In this document: positions 7,157 through 17,302 of the stretch, piece after piece
Layout of the letters: the number at the start of each line of letters is the position of its first letter
How positions within the stretch are numbered: position 1 is the stretch's first letter
Source of the DNA: Candidatus Kerfeldbacteria bacterium
Lineage (GTDB): Bacteria; Patescibacteriota; Patescibacteriia; SBBC01
Assembly: GCA_016204585.1 (NCBI GenBank)
Contig: JACQKH010000007.1
Location: forward strand, 1-49,340
Direction: 5' to 3'
Length of the DNA stretch: 49,340 nt
The notes under the pieces: generated by a model
Seen by the model: only the letters and a program-made list of their open reading frames with translations
The model's database searches: none
Told to the model about the DNA's origin: nothing
Position numbers and translations under genes: made by a program

Positions 7157-9148
7157 TTATCGCAAATCAATCGCCCGAATCAAGTCGTTGCCCTTATCCG
7201 CTACCAGCAGATAATTGGCGTTCAGTTGGACCATCCCGCGCGGGCCGTTGAAGGACGCCTTCAACCGCGGCCCATTGGTGTTGCCGCGCAGTCCGGACCC
7301 GGCAATCAAGGTGGTGGTTTTCTTGGCCAGATCGATTTTTCTAATTCGCTGACTGCCCACCTCGGACAGGAACAGGGTATTGCCCCGGCCGTCGGCTACT
7401 GAATCGGGGTAACTTAGCCGCGCGTCTTTAAACTTTCCTTCGCGATAACCGGCCTTTCCCTTACCGATCAAGGTTCTCACGCGATTGGTTCTTAAATCAA
7501 CCTCGCGCAGGGCATGATTGCCCAATTCAACCACGTACAGCTTCTTGCCGTCGTCACTCAAAGCCAGACTGATTGGCCCTCGCAAGCGGGCTGTTCCCCC
7601 GACCCCGTCCTTTAATCCCGGCACCCCGCTGCCGGCAATCAACTTAGTCGCGCCGGTTGAAATGTCCACGCTCCGTATCCGATTGTTGTCGTAATCGGTA
7701 ACGTACAGGGTGGTTCCATCCTTGGAGATGGCTATTCCCATCGGCCGGTTGAAGTAAGCGCAGCCGGCCACGCCCAGGTCAAACTCGTCTGCACAGGCCG
7801 CGCCCTCGGCGTAACCGTTGTTGGTGTCGCCGAACTGGTTGATGTTGCCGGCGCCGGTCAGCGTTTCCAAGCGCGCTTCGTCAATGACCAGGGCGCGGAT
7901 TCGATTGTTGTTCCGATCGGCGAAATACAGTTTCTTTCCGTCTTTGGAAAGCACCATTTGCGTCGGTCCGCTCATCCGCGCGCTGTTGCCCACGTCGTCG
8001 CGCCAGTTGTCCATCGGGCTGCCAGCGATGAAACTGAGCTGCTTAGTTTTCATGTCGAAAACTTTGATGCGATGATTCTCCAGAATGTAGAGTTTCTTCC
8101 GATCATTCGAGAAGACCAGCGACTTCGGTCGGCCGAGTACGGCTTCGCGGAAACTTCCATCATCGTCGCCGTAGCGGTGCTTGCCGGCGATCTTGACCGG
8201 GTTGGTGGCGTCCGGGTTGAGCCGAAAGATGCTGGAGCCGACGGAGAACAAAAGATACATCATGTCTTTGCAAAACAGGATGTCGGAAGCGTGATTGTAC
8301 CACTCGGTCTCGACCACGCGAATCAGCCTAACCGACTCGCCGGTCGCCGGATCGTACTGCCATACCTCGTTGTACATTCCTTTGTCGCTGGCCACGAAAT
8401 AGACCTTGCCGTTGTAAACGGTAATCCCATCAACGTCGGTCAGGCCGCCCTTGACCGTGGAAATGGCGCCGCTGGAAATGTCGACCCGGGAAACAGTGGT
8501 ATTGCTCGAATTCGCCACGTACAGCATGCCGTTCAGAACCGCCAACTTGCCCGGACTCAAAATATTTGCCACCACCGAGGCGGCGCCGTCCGGGATGGTC
8601 GCTTTCAGAATTCGGTTATTGCCGGTGTCTCCGATGTATAGGGTAGTTCCATCCAGCGCCGTGCCGGTCGCGTTTTTGAGATTCTTGAGCCAGGAAGAAA
8701 CTACGCCATTCTTCACGATTCGAATCCGCTTGTTGCCGTAGTCGAGCGCGTAAAGTTCGCCGTTTGGACCGATTTCCGCGTCATAGGGTGCGCGGAAATC
8801 GGCTACCGTGGTGGCTGCTCCATCGGTCAATTCGTATTCACCAGTGCCGGCGAAGGTGGTAATGAAGTTAGTTGCGCCGTCGATTTTCCGAATCACATTG
8901 TCCTGAGTGTCAGCCACGAAGAGATTGCAGGCCGAATCAGCGGTAAATCCGGCCGGCAGGTCTAAATACGCTGTGTTGGCATCGATATTTTCACCGGGAT
9001 TTAGTCTACCAAGCCAGGTAGTGACTTTTCCTTTCGGCTGTTTTACCGAAGACTTTCTTACTTGTTTTGCCTCGGCCGGAAAACCAAAACTCGTCACGAT
9101 CATTACGATGCTCGTGACGGTCAATAAACGTCGCCACGTTAATTTCAT
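7157..9148 (-). CDS. secreted NHL-repeat beta-propeller protein
   Basis: Repeated NHL-type motifs (DTQDNVIRKID, DYGNKRIRIV, DTGNNRILKA, DRNNNRIRAL, DYDNNRIRSVD, ELGNHALREVD, GSQRIRKID, DKGNDLIRAIDL). Signal peptide MKLTWRRLLTVTSIVMIVTSFGFPAEA. ATG 9148 has GGAGG upstream; the ORF-track start at 9208 lies upstream of the mapped promoter. Confidence 0.75.
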   Translation of the reverse strand: MKLTWRRLLTVTSIVMIVTSFGFPAEAKQVRKSSVKQPKGKVTTWLGRLNPGENIDANTAYLDLPAGFTADSACNLFVADTQDNVIRKIDGATNFITTFAGTGEYELTDGAATTVADFRAPYDAEIGPNGELYALDYGNKRIRIVKNGVVSSWLKNLKNATGTALDGTTLYIGDTGNNRILKATIPDGAASVVANILSPGKLAVLNGMLYVANSSNTTVSRVDISSGAISTVKGGLTDVDGITVYNGKVYFVASDKGMYNEVWQYDPATGESVRLIRVVETEWYNHASDILFCKDMMYLLFSVGSSIFRLNPDATNPVKIAGKHRYGDDDGSFREAVLGRPKSLVFSNDRKKLYILENHRIKVFDMKTKQLSFIAGSPMDNWRDDVGNSARMSGPTQMVLSKDGKKLYFADRNNNRIRALVIDEARLETLTGAGNINQFGDTNNGYAEGAACADEFDLGVAGCAYFNRPMGIAISKDGTTLYVTDYDNNRIRSVDISTGATKLIAGSGVPGLKDGVGGTARLRGPISLALSDDGKKLYVVELGNHALREVDLRTNRVRTLIGKGKAGYREGKFKDARLSYPDSVADGRGNTLFLSEVGSQRIRKIDLAKKTTTLIAGSGLRGNTNGPRLKASFNGPRGMVQLNANYLLVADKGNDLIRAIDLR

Positions 9149-9198
9149 ATTGTTTAGGTCCTCCTTAAAAATATCGTCATTTTTATGTTGTTTAATGC

Positions 9199-9227
9199 AG
9201 TATAGCATGATCAGGCCATTTAGGCAA
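9199..9227 (-). promoter_or_regulatory. promoter of the NHL-repeat gene
   Basis: Minus strand: TTGCCT, 17 nt, TGcTATACT (extended -10). Confidence 0.55.
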
Positions 9228-9253
9228 ATATGCTGATGGAAATGTCGCTGTTT

Positions 9254-10615
9254 TCAGTGTGCCAGTCTGGCCGCGGCATATTGAATCGGCCCGGCGCCGA
9301 CCACCAGCACCACGTCACGCTCGGTCCTGTTCTTGAGCACTAGTTCAACTCCCTGATCTCTGGTTCCGGCGTAGACAATTTTTTCTCCGGCGTTGACGGT
9401 TAAATCTTTACTGTGGATGCTCTTCCCGAGGTCGGACAAGGCCTCGCGTGACGGATGGATATCTGTAATATACGAACGGTCGGCTTCCAACAGAACCTTG
9501 GTGAACTCCTCGCGAAACTGCAGGGTTCGAGAGTAGAGGTGGGGTTCGAACAACACGATCACCCGCCGTCCGGGGAACAGCTGGCGGGCTTGGGCGATTA
9601 GCGGGCTGATCCGGTCCGGCGTGTGGGCGTAGTCGTAAATGGTGACGTAGGGCCCGGTCTGGACGACTTCAAAACGTTGCCGAAGACCGCGAAAGGTTGC
9701 CAGCCCGGCTGGCAGAGCGTTCTCGCTAATGCCGGCTGCCAGTGACAAGGCCATTGCGCCGACGGCGTTCTCGACGTGGATCCAGCCGGGAACGGGCAGG
9801 TGAAATTGTCGCACCGCTAGGTTGAACCGAGGGGCCGTAACTTCAAACAGCGAACCGCTGAGGTCCGATTTCAACAACTTCCCTCGCACATCAGCCTCTT
9901 CAGTCATGCTGAAGGTAATGGCGCCGCCAGTGGGTAATAGTTTGTTCTGCGCCGCGTCAATCGCCGGCGTTCTCTTTACCACCACCACCTTCGGTTCGGC
10001 CATGCCTTGGAAAAACGTTGCAAACCCCGCCAAGTAGTCGTCAAACGTCGGGTAGGTGGACAGGTGTTCATGTTCGAGCGAGGTAAGCAGGGCGTAAGAC
10101 GGATGGAAGTGGTGAAAATGCCGATTGTACTCGTCTGCTTCAAGTACCCAGAAATCACCGAAACCAGCTTGTAGATTCGACTTCCAGGACACGTCTTCAA
10201 CCCCGAGGATGGCCAAGGGGTTGAGGTAAGCGGCTTCCAGTATGTGCGTGAGGATGGCAGCGGTCGAACCCTTACCAAACGTGCCGGCCACCATGAATCC
10301 TTTGCCGGGTCGCCGGGTAAGATACTTCCCCATGAATTCCTGCCAGCTTAAGACCGGGGTGTTCTTCCGCTTAGCCGCCGCCAGCTCCTTGTCCGCCGCA
10401 AAGACCCCCGGGCTGATAAGCACTAGATCCGGTGATTCAATGTTGGTAGCGCTGTGGGAATCAGCGATCTTCAGGCCGAGCTGCTTCAGGGCCACTGTCC
10501 GATCACGCTCAATGTCAGAACCGGAAACCTCAAAACCGATGGAATGCAAATATCGAGCTAGCCCTGACGCGCCGCTGCCGCCAATGCCGATAATATGTAT
10601 CCGTTGACCTGGCAT
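9254..10615 (-). CDS. murC: UDP-N-acetylmuramate--L-alanine ligase (Mur ligase family; MurC, less likely Mpl)
   Basis: N-terminal IHIIGIGGSGASGLARYL, P-loop GTFGKGST and the Mur-ligase central and C-terminal domains. Confidence 0.75.
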   Translation of the reverse strand: MPGQRIHIIGIGGSGASGLARYLHSIGFEVSGSDIERDRTVALKQLGLKIADSHSATNIESPDLVLISPGVFAADKELAAAKRKNTPVLSWQEFMGKYLTRRPGKGFMVAGTFGKGSTAAILTHILEAAYLNPLAILGVEDVSWKSNLQAGFGDFWVLEADEYNRHFHHFHPSYALLTSLEHEHLSTYPTFDDYLAGFATFFQGMAEPKVVVVKRTPAIDAAQNKLLPTGGAITFSMTEEADVRGKLLKSDLSGSLFEVTAPRFNLAVRQFHLPVPGWIHVENAVGAMALSLAAGISENALPAGLATFRGLRQRFEVVQTGPYVTIYDYAHTPDRISPLIAQARQLFPGRRVIVLFEPHLYSRTLQFREEFTKVLLEADRSYITDIHPSREALSDLGKSIHSKDLTVNAGEKIVYAGTRDQGVELVLKNRTERDVVLVVGAGPIQYAAARLAH

Positions 10616-10664
10616 GTGGTAATGATTTCAGTATATCGTAGAACAGCTTCTCGCACAGCCCAAT

Positions 10665-10698
10665 CCCGCACCTTTCCTGGTCAAAGGAAAGGTGCGGG
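10665..10698 (-). terminator. strong hairpin between the 1457-aa gene and murC
   Basis: 13-bp perfect stem cccgcacctttcc/ggaaaggtgcggg with an 8-nt loop. No clear T-run, so terminator function is uncertain. Confidence 0.4.
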
Positions 10699-10714
10699 AA
10701 GAGTGATTACCGAA

Positions 10715-13700
10715 TTACTCCACGGTTACGTACTTCGACTTGAGCGCGCCGTCGCCGTTCGAGTTCGTCACGATCAAGTTGCACTTGCCAGCGGTCAGGC
10801 CGGTGGCGTCGAGTACGAGGTTAAGTTGCGTGGTGCTCTTGAAGGTGACTAATGCTCCGGTGTCGCAAACTTGGACCGACGTATTCGGCTCGAAGTTCTT
10901 TCCTTTCAGGGTCAGCTTAGCGCTGCTGTTGCTGGAAGAGACGCTGGTCGGGGACAAGCTCTTAATTACCGGCGCCGGCACGCTGAAGCTGATGGTGCCG
11001 GATTTGGCTTTCAGGTACGAAGCCAGGGACGACTTCGTGGTCTTGAACCCGCCGCGCTTGTAGCTGTAAACCTGGACATTTCCGATCGGCTTATTAGCAG
11101 CGTCGAAGTAGGCCACCACCAGACTGGATGTACCAGTACCAAGATCCATCGCCGCGGCTACGGTTTTCGTCGTTCCGGACGCCTTTACCGCCGGTGCGTT
11201 CACCTTGAGGGACTTGGCTTTGCCCTTGCTCAGGTCGTAGACGCGAGTTTCTAATCCCTTGGCTGAGCCAATAATCAAGTCTTTCTTCCCGTCCTTGCTC
11301 AAATCCTCAAGGATGAGCGATTGAGCCGGAACGGCCGTAATCTTTTGTGTCAGCTTGCCAGCGGTGCTGTAGATCTTGACCGTATTGTCGGCGTCAGAGC
11401 CAGCCACGATAACTTGGGTTTTACCGACCAGGGCCGTCTTGACGGTCACCGTTCCCTTAGTAAACGGTGTGACCTTTTTACTGCCAACAGTGAAGGAAGT
11501 CTTCTTCGTCTTCTTGTTGGTGGAGACGCTGACGGTCTTGAGCTTGGCGCTGCTGCCGCCGGAGTTCAGGGCGGTGTAGGCGGAGAAGTGATCAGCCGAG
11601 AATGTGATGGCGACGTCGCCGTTGTCCAGCTCGCTGACCGTGGCATCGGACTCATTGGTGTACGAACCGGTCGAATCGTCGTAGCTGGCCGCACCCAAGG
11701 CCGAGGTATCGTCAATGCCTTCCTCGGCCAGGCCTTCATCCTCCAGAACTATCTTGAACGTCACTGGCTGCTGCAGGTCAGTAACCGTTTGGCCGTTTTC
11801 GTCGCGGGCCGTCACCTCGTAGGCCACGCCGACCCGTTCGCCGCCGCTGGTTGAGCCGGTGTCCACGGTCGGGGTAGCGGTGATGCTGCAGGTGCCGCTG
11901 TCAGTTGTGATAGCGGAAGCCGGAACGTTGAGCGTGGTGCCGTTGTCAAGGGCGACTGACGTCTGGGTAGTGCAATCGAAGTTAGCGGTCACTGGTTGTG
12001 GCACCCTGAATTTACCTTCTTCAAGCGCAATGTCCAGCTTGACTTTTTTCTCCGTCGTCACCACCACGGACTGTTCATCCGCGCCGTAGAAGGTTGAGCC
12101 GTCAACGCTGTCCGCGCCAACATGCCAGGTCGTGCCTTTAGTGATGTTGAGCTTGTATTGGCCGCCGGGGTTGCAGGGCGTGCCGCTGAAGCTGCCGTCG
12201 TTCGCCCAGGAGTGGACGAAGCAGCGGTCAGCCGGATTCTTGCCGATGGTGACCTTGCCTTCGATGGTGGCATCTGAAGTCCGGGCTTGCAGGACCACGT
12301 TGCATGTTTTGGAGCTGTTCAGCTCGCAGGTGACTTCTTTGGGCGGCATGCCACCGCTCCTTGGATCCAGTCCACCACCGACCTTATACACGTGTCCGCT
12401 TAATACGTTAAGCTCGAACTTACCGTCCGGACCGGTTGGCCCGCCAGCGCGAATGGCATTGTCAAAGCCAGCTGGACCGCCAGGACCGGGTGACTTAGAA
12501 GATCCCCCGGGACTAGTGGCCAGAGCAGCCACTCGCTTAGTTCCAATTCGCACGTTCAGTGCTCCTTCCGGCGGCTTGAACTTCGAACACTCACTAAAGT
12601 TCTCCGGCTTCGAACAGTAGGTTTTACACTCGGTTTCGGATTTGCAGCCACCCGGACCGACGAAGTTGTCGCCCGGTCGGGGACCCGACGGTTGCTGACC
12701 CTCCTGGGCATCCTTGCAGATGGTGGGGTCGCTCTTACACTGTTGGACGCAGCTGTAGGCATTCTTGCAGCCGTTCGGCCCGTCTGGAACCGGGAAGGCC
12801 TCGCACTGCGTCTTGTTCTTGCTGTCGCTGCAGCACTTTATCACGCCGTCAATGTCAGTAGCGCCGCAGGGCATTTTCTTGTTAAATCCGATATCCGCGC
12901 CCTTTCCCGTACCAGGACCGGGACCCTTGCCCGGCTCACCTTGACGCAGCTCGCGCGACTCGCGGATTTCGTCGCGGTTTTCCGCGAACACGAATCCTTG
13001 AGTCGGCTTTCCGTCCGGTCCGAGGAAGACGCCGGTAATCTTGGCATCGGCTTTGGCAATTGTAATGTTCCTTTCAACGTTTTGTCCGGACAGCACAAGC
13101 ACCTGGTCTTCCGGCGACGGTGGCTTGTTCATCACGCCTGATTTCGGGTCAAAATTCGTGCCGATTTGATAACTGCCGGCCACCAGACTGATCTTGTAGG
13201 TGCAGTCGCTCTTGACTTCACCTTGGTAGTGAGCGCCAACGCCGATCGCATCCGCGAACACCATGCCCCGGAAATCCGAGCAGTTGCTGATCGGGAAGCC
13301 GCTGGAGTCAACGATCTTGCCGCTGATGGACGAGTTATTGGCAACCACTTGCAGATCAACCTGCGCCGTTCCATTAGCAGCCACCGTTACTTTTTGCGGA
13401 GTGGAACATGAACGATCGCTGTTCGGTGGGGTATGACAGCCAACCTCCCATTGGGTGGCCACGGTTGTGGCAACCTTGATGGTGAAGGTGCCGTTGTTAA
13501 TCGGGCTGCAGCTCTCGCTGAATGAGCCGACCGCCCGGGCAAAAGCGCAACCCGGGAAATTCGTTACTGGCTGAAGAGTATCGGCATCCATTACCCGACC
13601 GGTAATAGTAGCGTCAGCCTGCTGAACTGTCATGTTCAAACAGGAGTAATCGGAAGACGTAACCACCGAAGTGTCTGTTGGTACGCTAATGTCGCATGGC

Positions 13701-15088
13701 TTCATTTCGGTCGGCACAAAGTTCGAATCCGGAGACATTCCCAGGTGAACGCCCCAGGTGCCAGCGGTTACGGCCAGTTCGTAATTCCCAGACGAATCGG
13801 TCCGCGCATTGCTCCAGCCGCCCGGTCCGCCACCCGTGCCCGGCTGCATCATCATGTTCGCATTCACTTCCACGTTTCCGGCAGCCGCCCCACCGGAAGT
13901 CGCAACCCGGCCGCGAATCTTCGCTTCTTTGGCAGTGGTTACCAGATTCACGGTTACGGTTTGATTATCCCCCACCGTGACGCTGGTCGGCGGAATGGTC
14001 TTGTCGTTTAGCGGCGTCCACAGGAAGAGATTATAAACCCCTGGCGTGACGTTCACGGAAAAACAACCGTCCGCACCCAGCGGTGTACCGCTGCCCCGGC
14101 CATCTTGCGTACGGACGTCAACGTTGCCGCTGGTGACGGCCGCGCCGTTCTTGTCCTTGATACAGCCGACGACTTTCGATGAGGTGGTTTGAACGGTAAA
14201 GTTTACGGTTTTTGATTCTGCGGTGGCGTCTTCAGCAAAGCTAACGGCGGGCGGCGGATCGGAGTAGATCCAGTCGGCCCCCGGATCTGGCATTGGCTGA
14301 ACATTCCACGTTCCGCCGCTGACCGACAGCGTATAATTACCATTGACATCAGTATGCGCGTTAGCCCAGCCGCCGCCGCTGGGCTTAAAAGCGTTGACGT
14401 TGGCTTGGGCCGCCGCGCCGCTGGAGTTCATGACTTTGCCGGTAATCGTCTTGGCCGCGCCGACAAAAATGAAGTTCTTCTCCACCACCGTGTTGCCGAG
14501 CGTGACATTCTCCGATGCGGGAGGGGTCAGGCCGGAAACGTTGAAATCGGGCATGGCTTCGGCCACGTAGGTGCCGGCCGCCAACCCGCCCAGCTTATAG
14601 TTACCGCTGTCATCGGCGTTGGCATGCGCAAAAACCGAAAAGTCTTGACTATGGACGTTGATATTACACCGGACACCTGTTACGCCGTCCGGTTTCAAAC
14701 AACGACCCTTCAGCTGGGCGTTGGTCACTTTTGGATTGAAGGTTGTCGATTGGTCCGGGTAGACGTCAATGTCAACCTCGGTCGATGGTGAGAAGGTCGA
14801 AGTCGGTAGTGGTCTGGCTTGGCACTTGTAATGACCGGCGTTGAGACTGAGGTTAAACGTGCCATTGGTTGCTGACTTCGTTCCGTTGCCGCCGGTCTGA
14901 CCAAAGCAGTTGATGTCAACTTCTTCGGCTAGGGTCGTACCGTCAGGTTTCTGGACGGTGCCGGATACGCCGCTAACGGCCATGGCCGTTTCCGGTCCAG
15001 GCAAGTAGGAAATCCAAACAAAAACCGCCATGACCAAACCGCCGACCAGCGTGGCGGTGATCTTGAGTGCTTTAGACGTGCTGTTCAT
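10715..15088 (-). CDS. very large cell-surface protein (1457 aa) with carboxypeptidase-regulatory-like beta-sandwich repeats, a 12-Cys module, FG-GAP/VCBS-like region and C-terminal IPT/TIG-like domain
   Basis: N-terminal TM/signal anchor. Many ~90-aa repeats of the pattern G.V....G.....A.V.........T...G.Y.L....G.Y. Cys-rich block at about 12587-12874. C-terminal PVIKSLSP...LTLKGKNF...V..TNSNG (IPT/TIG-like). GGAGG RBS before ATG 15088. Confidence 0.8.
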   Translation of the reverse strand: MNSTSKALKITATLVGGLVMAVFVWISYLPGPETAMAVSGVSGTVQKPDGTTLAEEVDINCFGQTGGNGTKSATNGTFNLSLNAGHYKCQARPLPTSTFSPSTEVDIDVYPDQSTTFNPKVTNAQLKGRCLKPDGVTGVRCNINVHSQDFSVFAHANADDSGNYKLGGLAAGTYVAEAMPDFNVSGLTPPASENVTLGNTVVEKNFIFVGAAKTITGKVMNSSGAAAQANVNAFKPSGGGWANAHTDVNGNYTLSVSGGTWNVQPMPDPGADWIYSDPPPAVSFAEDATAESKTVNFTVQTTSSKVVGCIKDKNGAAVTSGNVDVRTQDGRGSGTPLGADGCFSVNVTPGVYNLFLWTPLNDKTIPPTSVTVGDNQTVTVNLVTTAKEAKIRGRVATSGGAAAGNVEVNANMMMQPGTGGGPGGWSNARTDSSGNYELAVTAGTWGVHLGMSPDSNFVPTEMKPCDISVPTDTSVVTSSDYSCLNMTVQQADATITGRVMDADTLQPVTNFPGCAFARAVGSFSESCSPINNGTFTIKVATTVATQWEVGCHTPPNSDRSCSTPQKVTVAANGTAQVDLQVVANNSSISGKIVDSSGFPISNCSDFRGMVFADAIGVGAHYQGEVKSDCTYKISLVAGSYQIGTNFDPKSGVMNKPPSPEDQVLVLSGQNVERNITIAKADAKITGVFLGPDGKPTQGFVFAENRDEIRESRELRQGEPGKGPGPGTGKGADIGFNKKMPCGATDIDGVIKCCSDSKNKTQCEAFPVPDGPNGCKNAYSCVQQCKSDPTICKDAQEGQQPSGPRPGDNFVGPGGCKSETECKTYCSKPENFSECSKFKPPEGALNVRIGTKRVAALATSPGGSSKSPGPGGPAGFDNAIRAGGPTGPDGKFELNVLSGHVYKVGGGLDPRSGGMPPKEVTCELNSSKTCNVVLQARTSDATIEGKVTIGKNPADRCFVHSWANDGSFSGTPCNPGGQYKLNITKGTTWHVGADSVDGSTFYGADEQSVVVTTEKKVKLDIALEEGKFRVPQPVTANFDCTTQTSVALDNGTTLNVPASAITTDSGTCSITATPTVDTGSTSGGERVGVAYEVTARDENGQTVTDLQQPVTFKIVLEDEGLAEEGIDDTSALGAASYDDSTGSYTNESDATVSELDNGDVAITFSADHFSAYTALNSGGSSAKLKTVSVSTNKKTKKTSFTVGSKKVTPFTKGTVTVKTALVGKTQVIVAGSDADNTVKIYSTAGKLTQKITAVPAQSLILEDLSKDGKKDLIIGSAKGLETRVYDLSKGKAKSLKVNAPAVKASGTTKTVAAAMDLGTGTSSLVVAYFDAANKPIGNVQVYSYKRGGFKTTKSSLASYLKAKSGTISFSVPAPVIKSLSPTSVSSSNSSAKLTLKGKNFEPNTSVQVCDTGALVTFKSTTQLNLVLDATGLTAGKCNLIVTNSNGDGALKSKYVTVE

Positions 15089-15204
15089 TATTTCCTCCGA
15101 CAGTAATAAGACAGCGGTAGAAATTACCCCTGCTTAATTACGGTTGTTGATAAAATATGCTTAAATATAGTGTTTTTTTGCGTGTATAAGCCATACACAG
15201 GTAT

Positions 15205-15233
15205 AGTATAACAGAAATATTAAATCAAAGCAA
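15205..15233 (-). promoter_or_regulatory. promoter of the 1457-aa surface-protein gene
   Basis: Minus strand: TTGCTT, 17 nt, TGtTATACT. About 115-nt leader before the GGAGG RBS. Confidence 0.5.
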
Positions 15234-15365
15234 TAAATCCATAGGATACTCCTTGGATCTGGACCACCAGGGTTACATTACCCTCCACAGATCCGCCAGG
15301 TCGTAGATGTCAATCAAAGAACGGCTGATTGACGGAAGAGCGATCGTTTGCGAAACTACCATTGT

Positions 15366-16412
15366 ATGAAAAAATCCATTGACGACTTCTTTCGGTACGC
15401 GGTTGCCCAGGGTGCCTCTGATCTCCACCTTCTCGCTGACCAGCCGCCGATCGTTCGGATTGACGGAGCGCTAAAGCCGATTCCCGAGGCCAGGCCGCTG
15501 ACCGCAGACGAAACGCGCGAGCTCTGTTACTCGATTATCACGGATGCACAGCGGCAGGTGTTCGAACGAGACAAAGAACTCGACTTCTCCTACGAGATCA
15601 AAGGTCTTTCTCGATTTCGCGTCAACCTCCACTACCAGATGCAATCAATCGGACTGGTCGCACGGGTGATCAGCGGCGACATTCCAACCATGGAAAATAT
15701 TGGCATGCCGGAAATCGTCTACGAGCTGGTGCGGCTACAGCAGGGCTTGATTCTGATTACTGGACCAACCGGCATGGGGAAGTCAACTTCGCTGGCGGCC
15801 ATGATCGAGTTCATCAACAACGAACGCAACGCCCACATCGTCACGCTGGAAGATCCGATTGAATTCGTCTACAAACCGAAGAAGTCGATCATCCGGCAGC
15901 GGCAACTCGGTTCAGACATGAATACATTCGCCGAAGGGCTAAAGCACGTCCTCCGGCAAGACCCGAACGTCATCCTAGTCGGCGAGATGCGCGACCTCGA
16001 GACTATTTCTTCGACCATCACCCTAGCCGAGACCGGCCACCTCGTGCTGGCTACGCTCCACACCTCGAACTCGGCGCAGACCATCGACCGCATCATTGAC
16101 GTCTTCCCGCCGTTCCAACAGCCGCAGATCCGTTTGCAAATCTCCCTCTTCCTGCGCGGCATCATCTCACAGCAACTATTGCCGAAACCCGGCGGCGGTC
16201 GGATTGCCTCGCGCGAGATTCTCATCAATAATCCGGCCGTGGGCAATCTCATCCGCGAGAACAAAATCGCGCAAATCAAAACGGTCATGCAAACCAGCGC
16301 CGAATCCGGCATGGTAACCATGGACCAGGACATCAAACGACTTTTCCTCGAAGGCCGGGTTACCGAGGAAGTGGCGCTGGCTCACGCTACCAATCCGCAG
16401 TTGTTGCGTTAG
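15366..16412 (+). CDS. pilT: type IV pilus retraction ATPase PilT (twitching motility)
   Basis: ASDLHL, Walker A GPTGMGKST, EDPIEF, LVGEMRD and LATLHT motifs. About 348 aa, as in PilT rather than PilB. ATG 15366 is preferred over TTG 15348. Confidence 0.85.
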   Translation: MKKSIDDFFRYAVAQGASDLHLLADQPPIVRIDGALKPIPEARPLTADETRELCYSIITDAQRQVFERDKELDFSYEIKGLSRFRVNLHYQMQSIGLVARVISGDIPTMENIGMPEIVYELVRLQQGLILITGPTGMGKSTSLAAMIEFINNERNAHIVTLEDPIEFVYKPKKSIIRQRQLGSDMNTFAEGLKHVLRQDPNVILVGEMRDLETISSTITLAETGHLVLATLHTSNSAQTIDRIIDVFPPFQQPQIRLQISLFLRGIISQQLLPKPGGGRIASREILINNPAVGNLIRENKIAQIKTVMQTSAESGMVTMDQDIKRLFLEGRVTEEVALAHATNPQLLR

Positions 16413-16429
16413 GGCCTTGAGCGTCAGCC

Positions 16430-17134
16430 ATGGACATTCAAGGCAGCGTTACCGTCGTCACTGGCGCGAGTAGCGGCTTGGGTTTGGCATTATCCGAGAT
16501 TCTAGGCCAGCGCGGCGCGACGATCGTGATGAGCGGACGGTCCGAACCATCACTCCAGAAACACGCCGTCCGCCTCGGCGCGCTGGCGATCGCGGCTGAT
16601 GTTACGGACGAGACGGCCGTAGCCGATCTGGGCTCCGCCACGGTACGCCGGTACGGACGGATTGACGCATGGATCAACAATGCCGGCGTATGGATGCCAT
16701 ACACCCCCTTTCAAGATGTCCCGGACGAACGCGCACGGCACATCATGGAGACGAACTACCTCGGTGTTTGGCACGGATCACAGGTCGCCTATCGGCAGAT
16801 GCTCAAGCAAGGCCATGGCACCATCCTTAATATCCTGTCAATCCGCGTCCGCGAACCGGTCGCGTACACGGTTGCCTACAGTTCTAGTAAACTGGCGGCG
16901 TATGGCTTGACGCAAGTCCTCCGAGCCGAGGCGGCCCCGCACAATATCCGCGTCCTGGCCGCACTCCCCGGCCGAATTCAAACGCATCTCTTCGACGAAC
17001 GGATCCCCCAGGATTATGCCAACTTCATGGATCCGCGCGCCGTGGCCTCGGCCATTGCCTCATGGATGTCACAATCCGCTCCTGATCCCGAGCTAGTTAT
17101 TACACAAGATACGCTCGGCGGCGAATCCGAATGA
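16430..17134 (+). CDS. SDR-family short-chain dehydrogenase/reductase
   Basis: TGASSGLG cofactor motif, NNAG, and the catalytic YSSSK. Confidence 0.8.
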   Translation: MDIQGSVTVVTGASSGLGLALSEILGQRGATIVMSGRSEPSLQKHAVRLGALAIAADVTDETAVADLGSATVRRYGRIDAWINNAGVWMPYTPFQDVPDERARHIMETNYLGVWHGSQVAYRQMLKQGHGTILNILSIRVREPVAYTVAYSSSKLAAYGLTQVLRAEAAPHNIRVLAALPGRIQTHLFDERIPQDYANFMDPRAVASAIASWMSQSAPDPELVITQDTLGGESE

Positions 17135-17229
17135 CCCTTGCCATGAGCGTTCCGGCGTGATAGTGTTTGTTCGCTTTTAAATTTCTCGCGCCCTCGTAGT
17201 GAAATGGATATCACACGACGCAACCCCGT

Positions 17230-17302
17230 GCGCCCTTAGCTCAGTGGATAGAGTGCTTGGCTTCGGACCAAGAGGTCGCAGGTTCGAATCCTGCAGGGCG
17301 CA
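17230..17302 (+). tRNA. tRNA-Arg (anticodon TCG)
   Basis: Cloverleaf folded by hand. Acceptor GCGCCCT/AGGGCGC; D-arm AGCTCAGTGGATAGAGT; anticodon stem CTTGG/CCAAG with loop CTTCGGA; T-arm GCAGGTTCGAATCCTGC; discriminator A. No encoded CCA. Confidence 0.9.

Noticed and set aside
15366-16412. pilT as part of a type IV pilus or competence cluster
   Set aside because: No pilB, pilC, pilM-Q or pilin genes are adjacent; the neighbours are a surface protein and an SDR. PilT is simply an isolated gene in this window.
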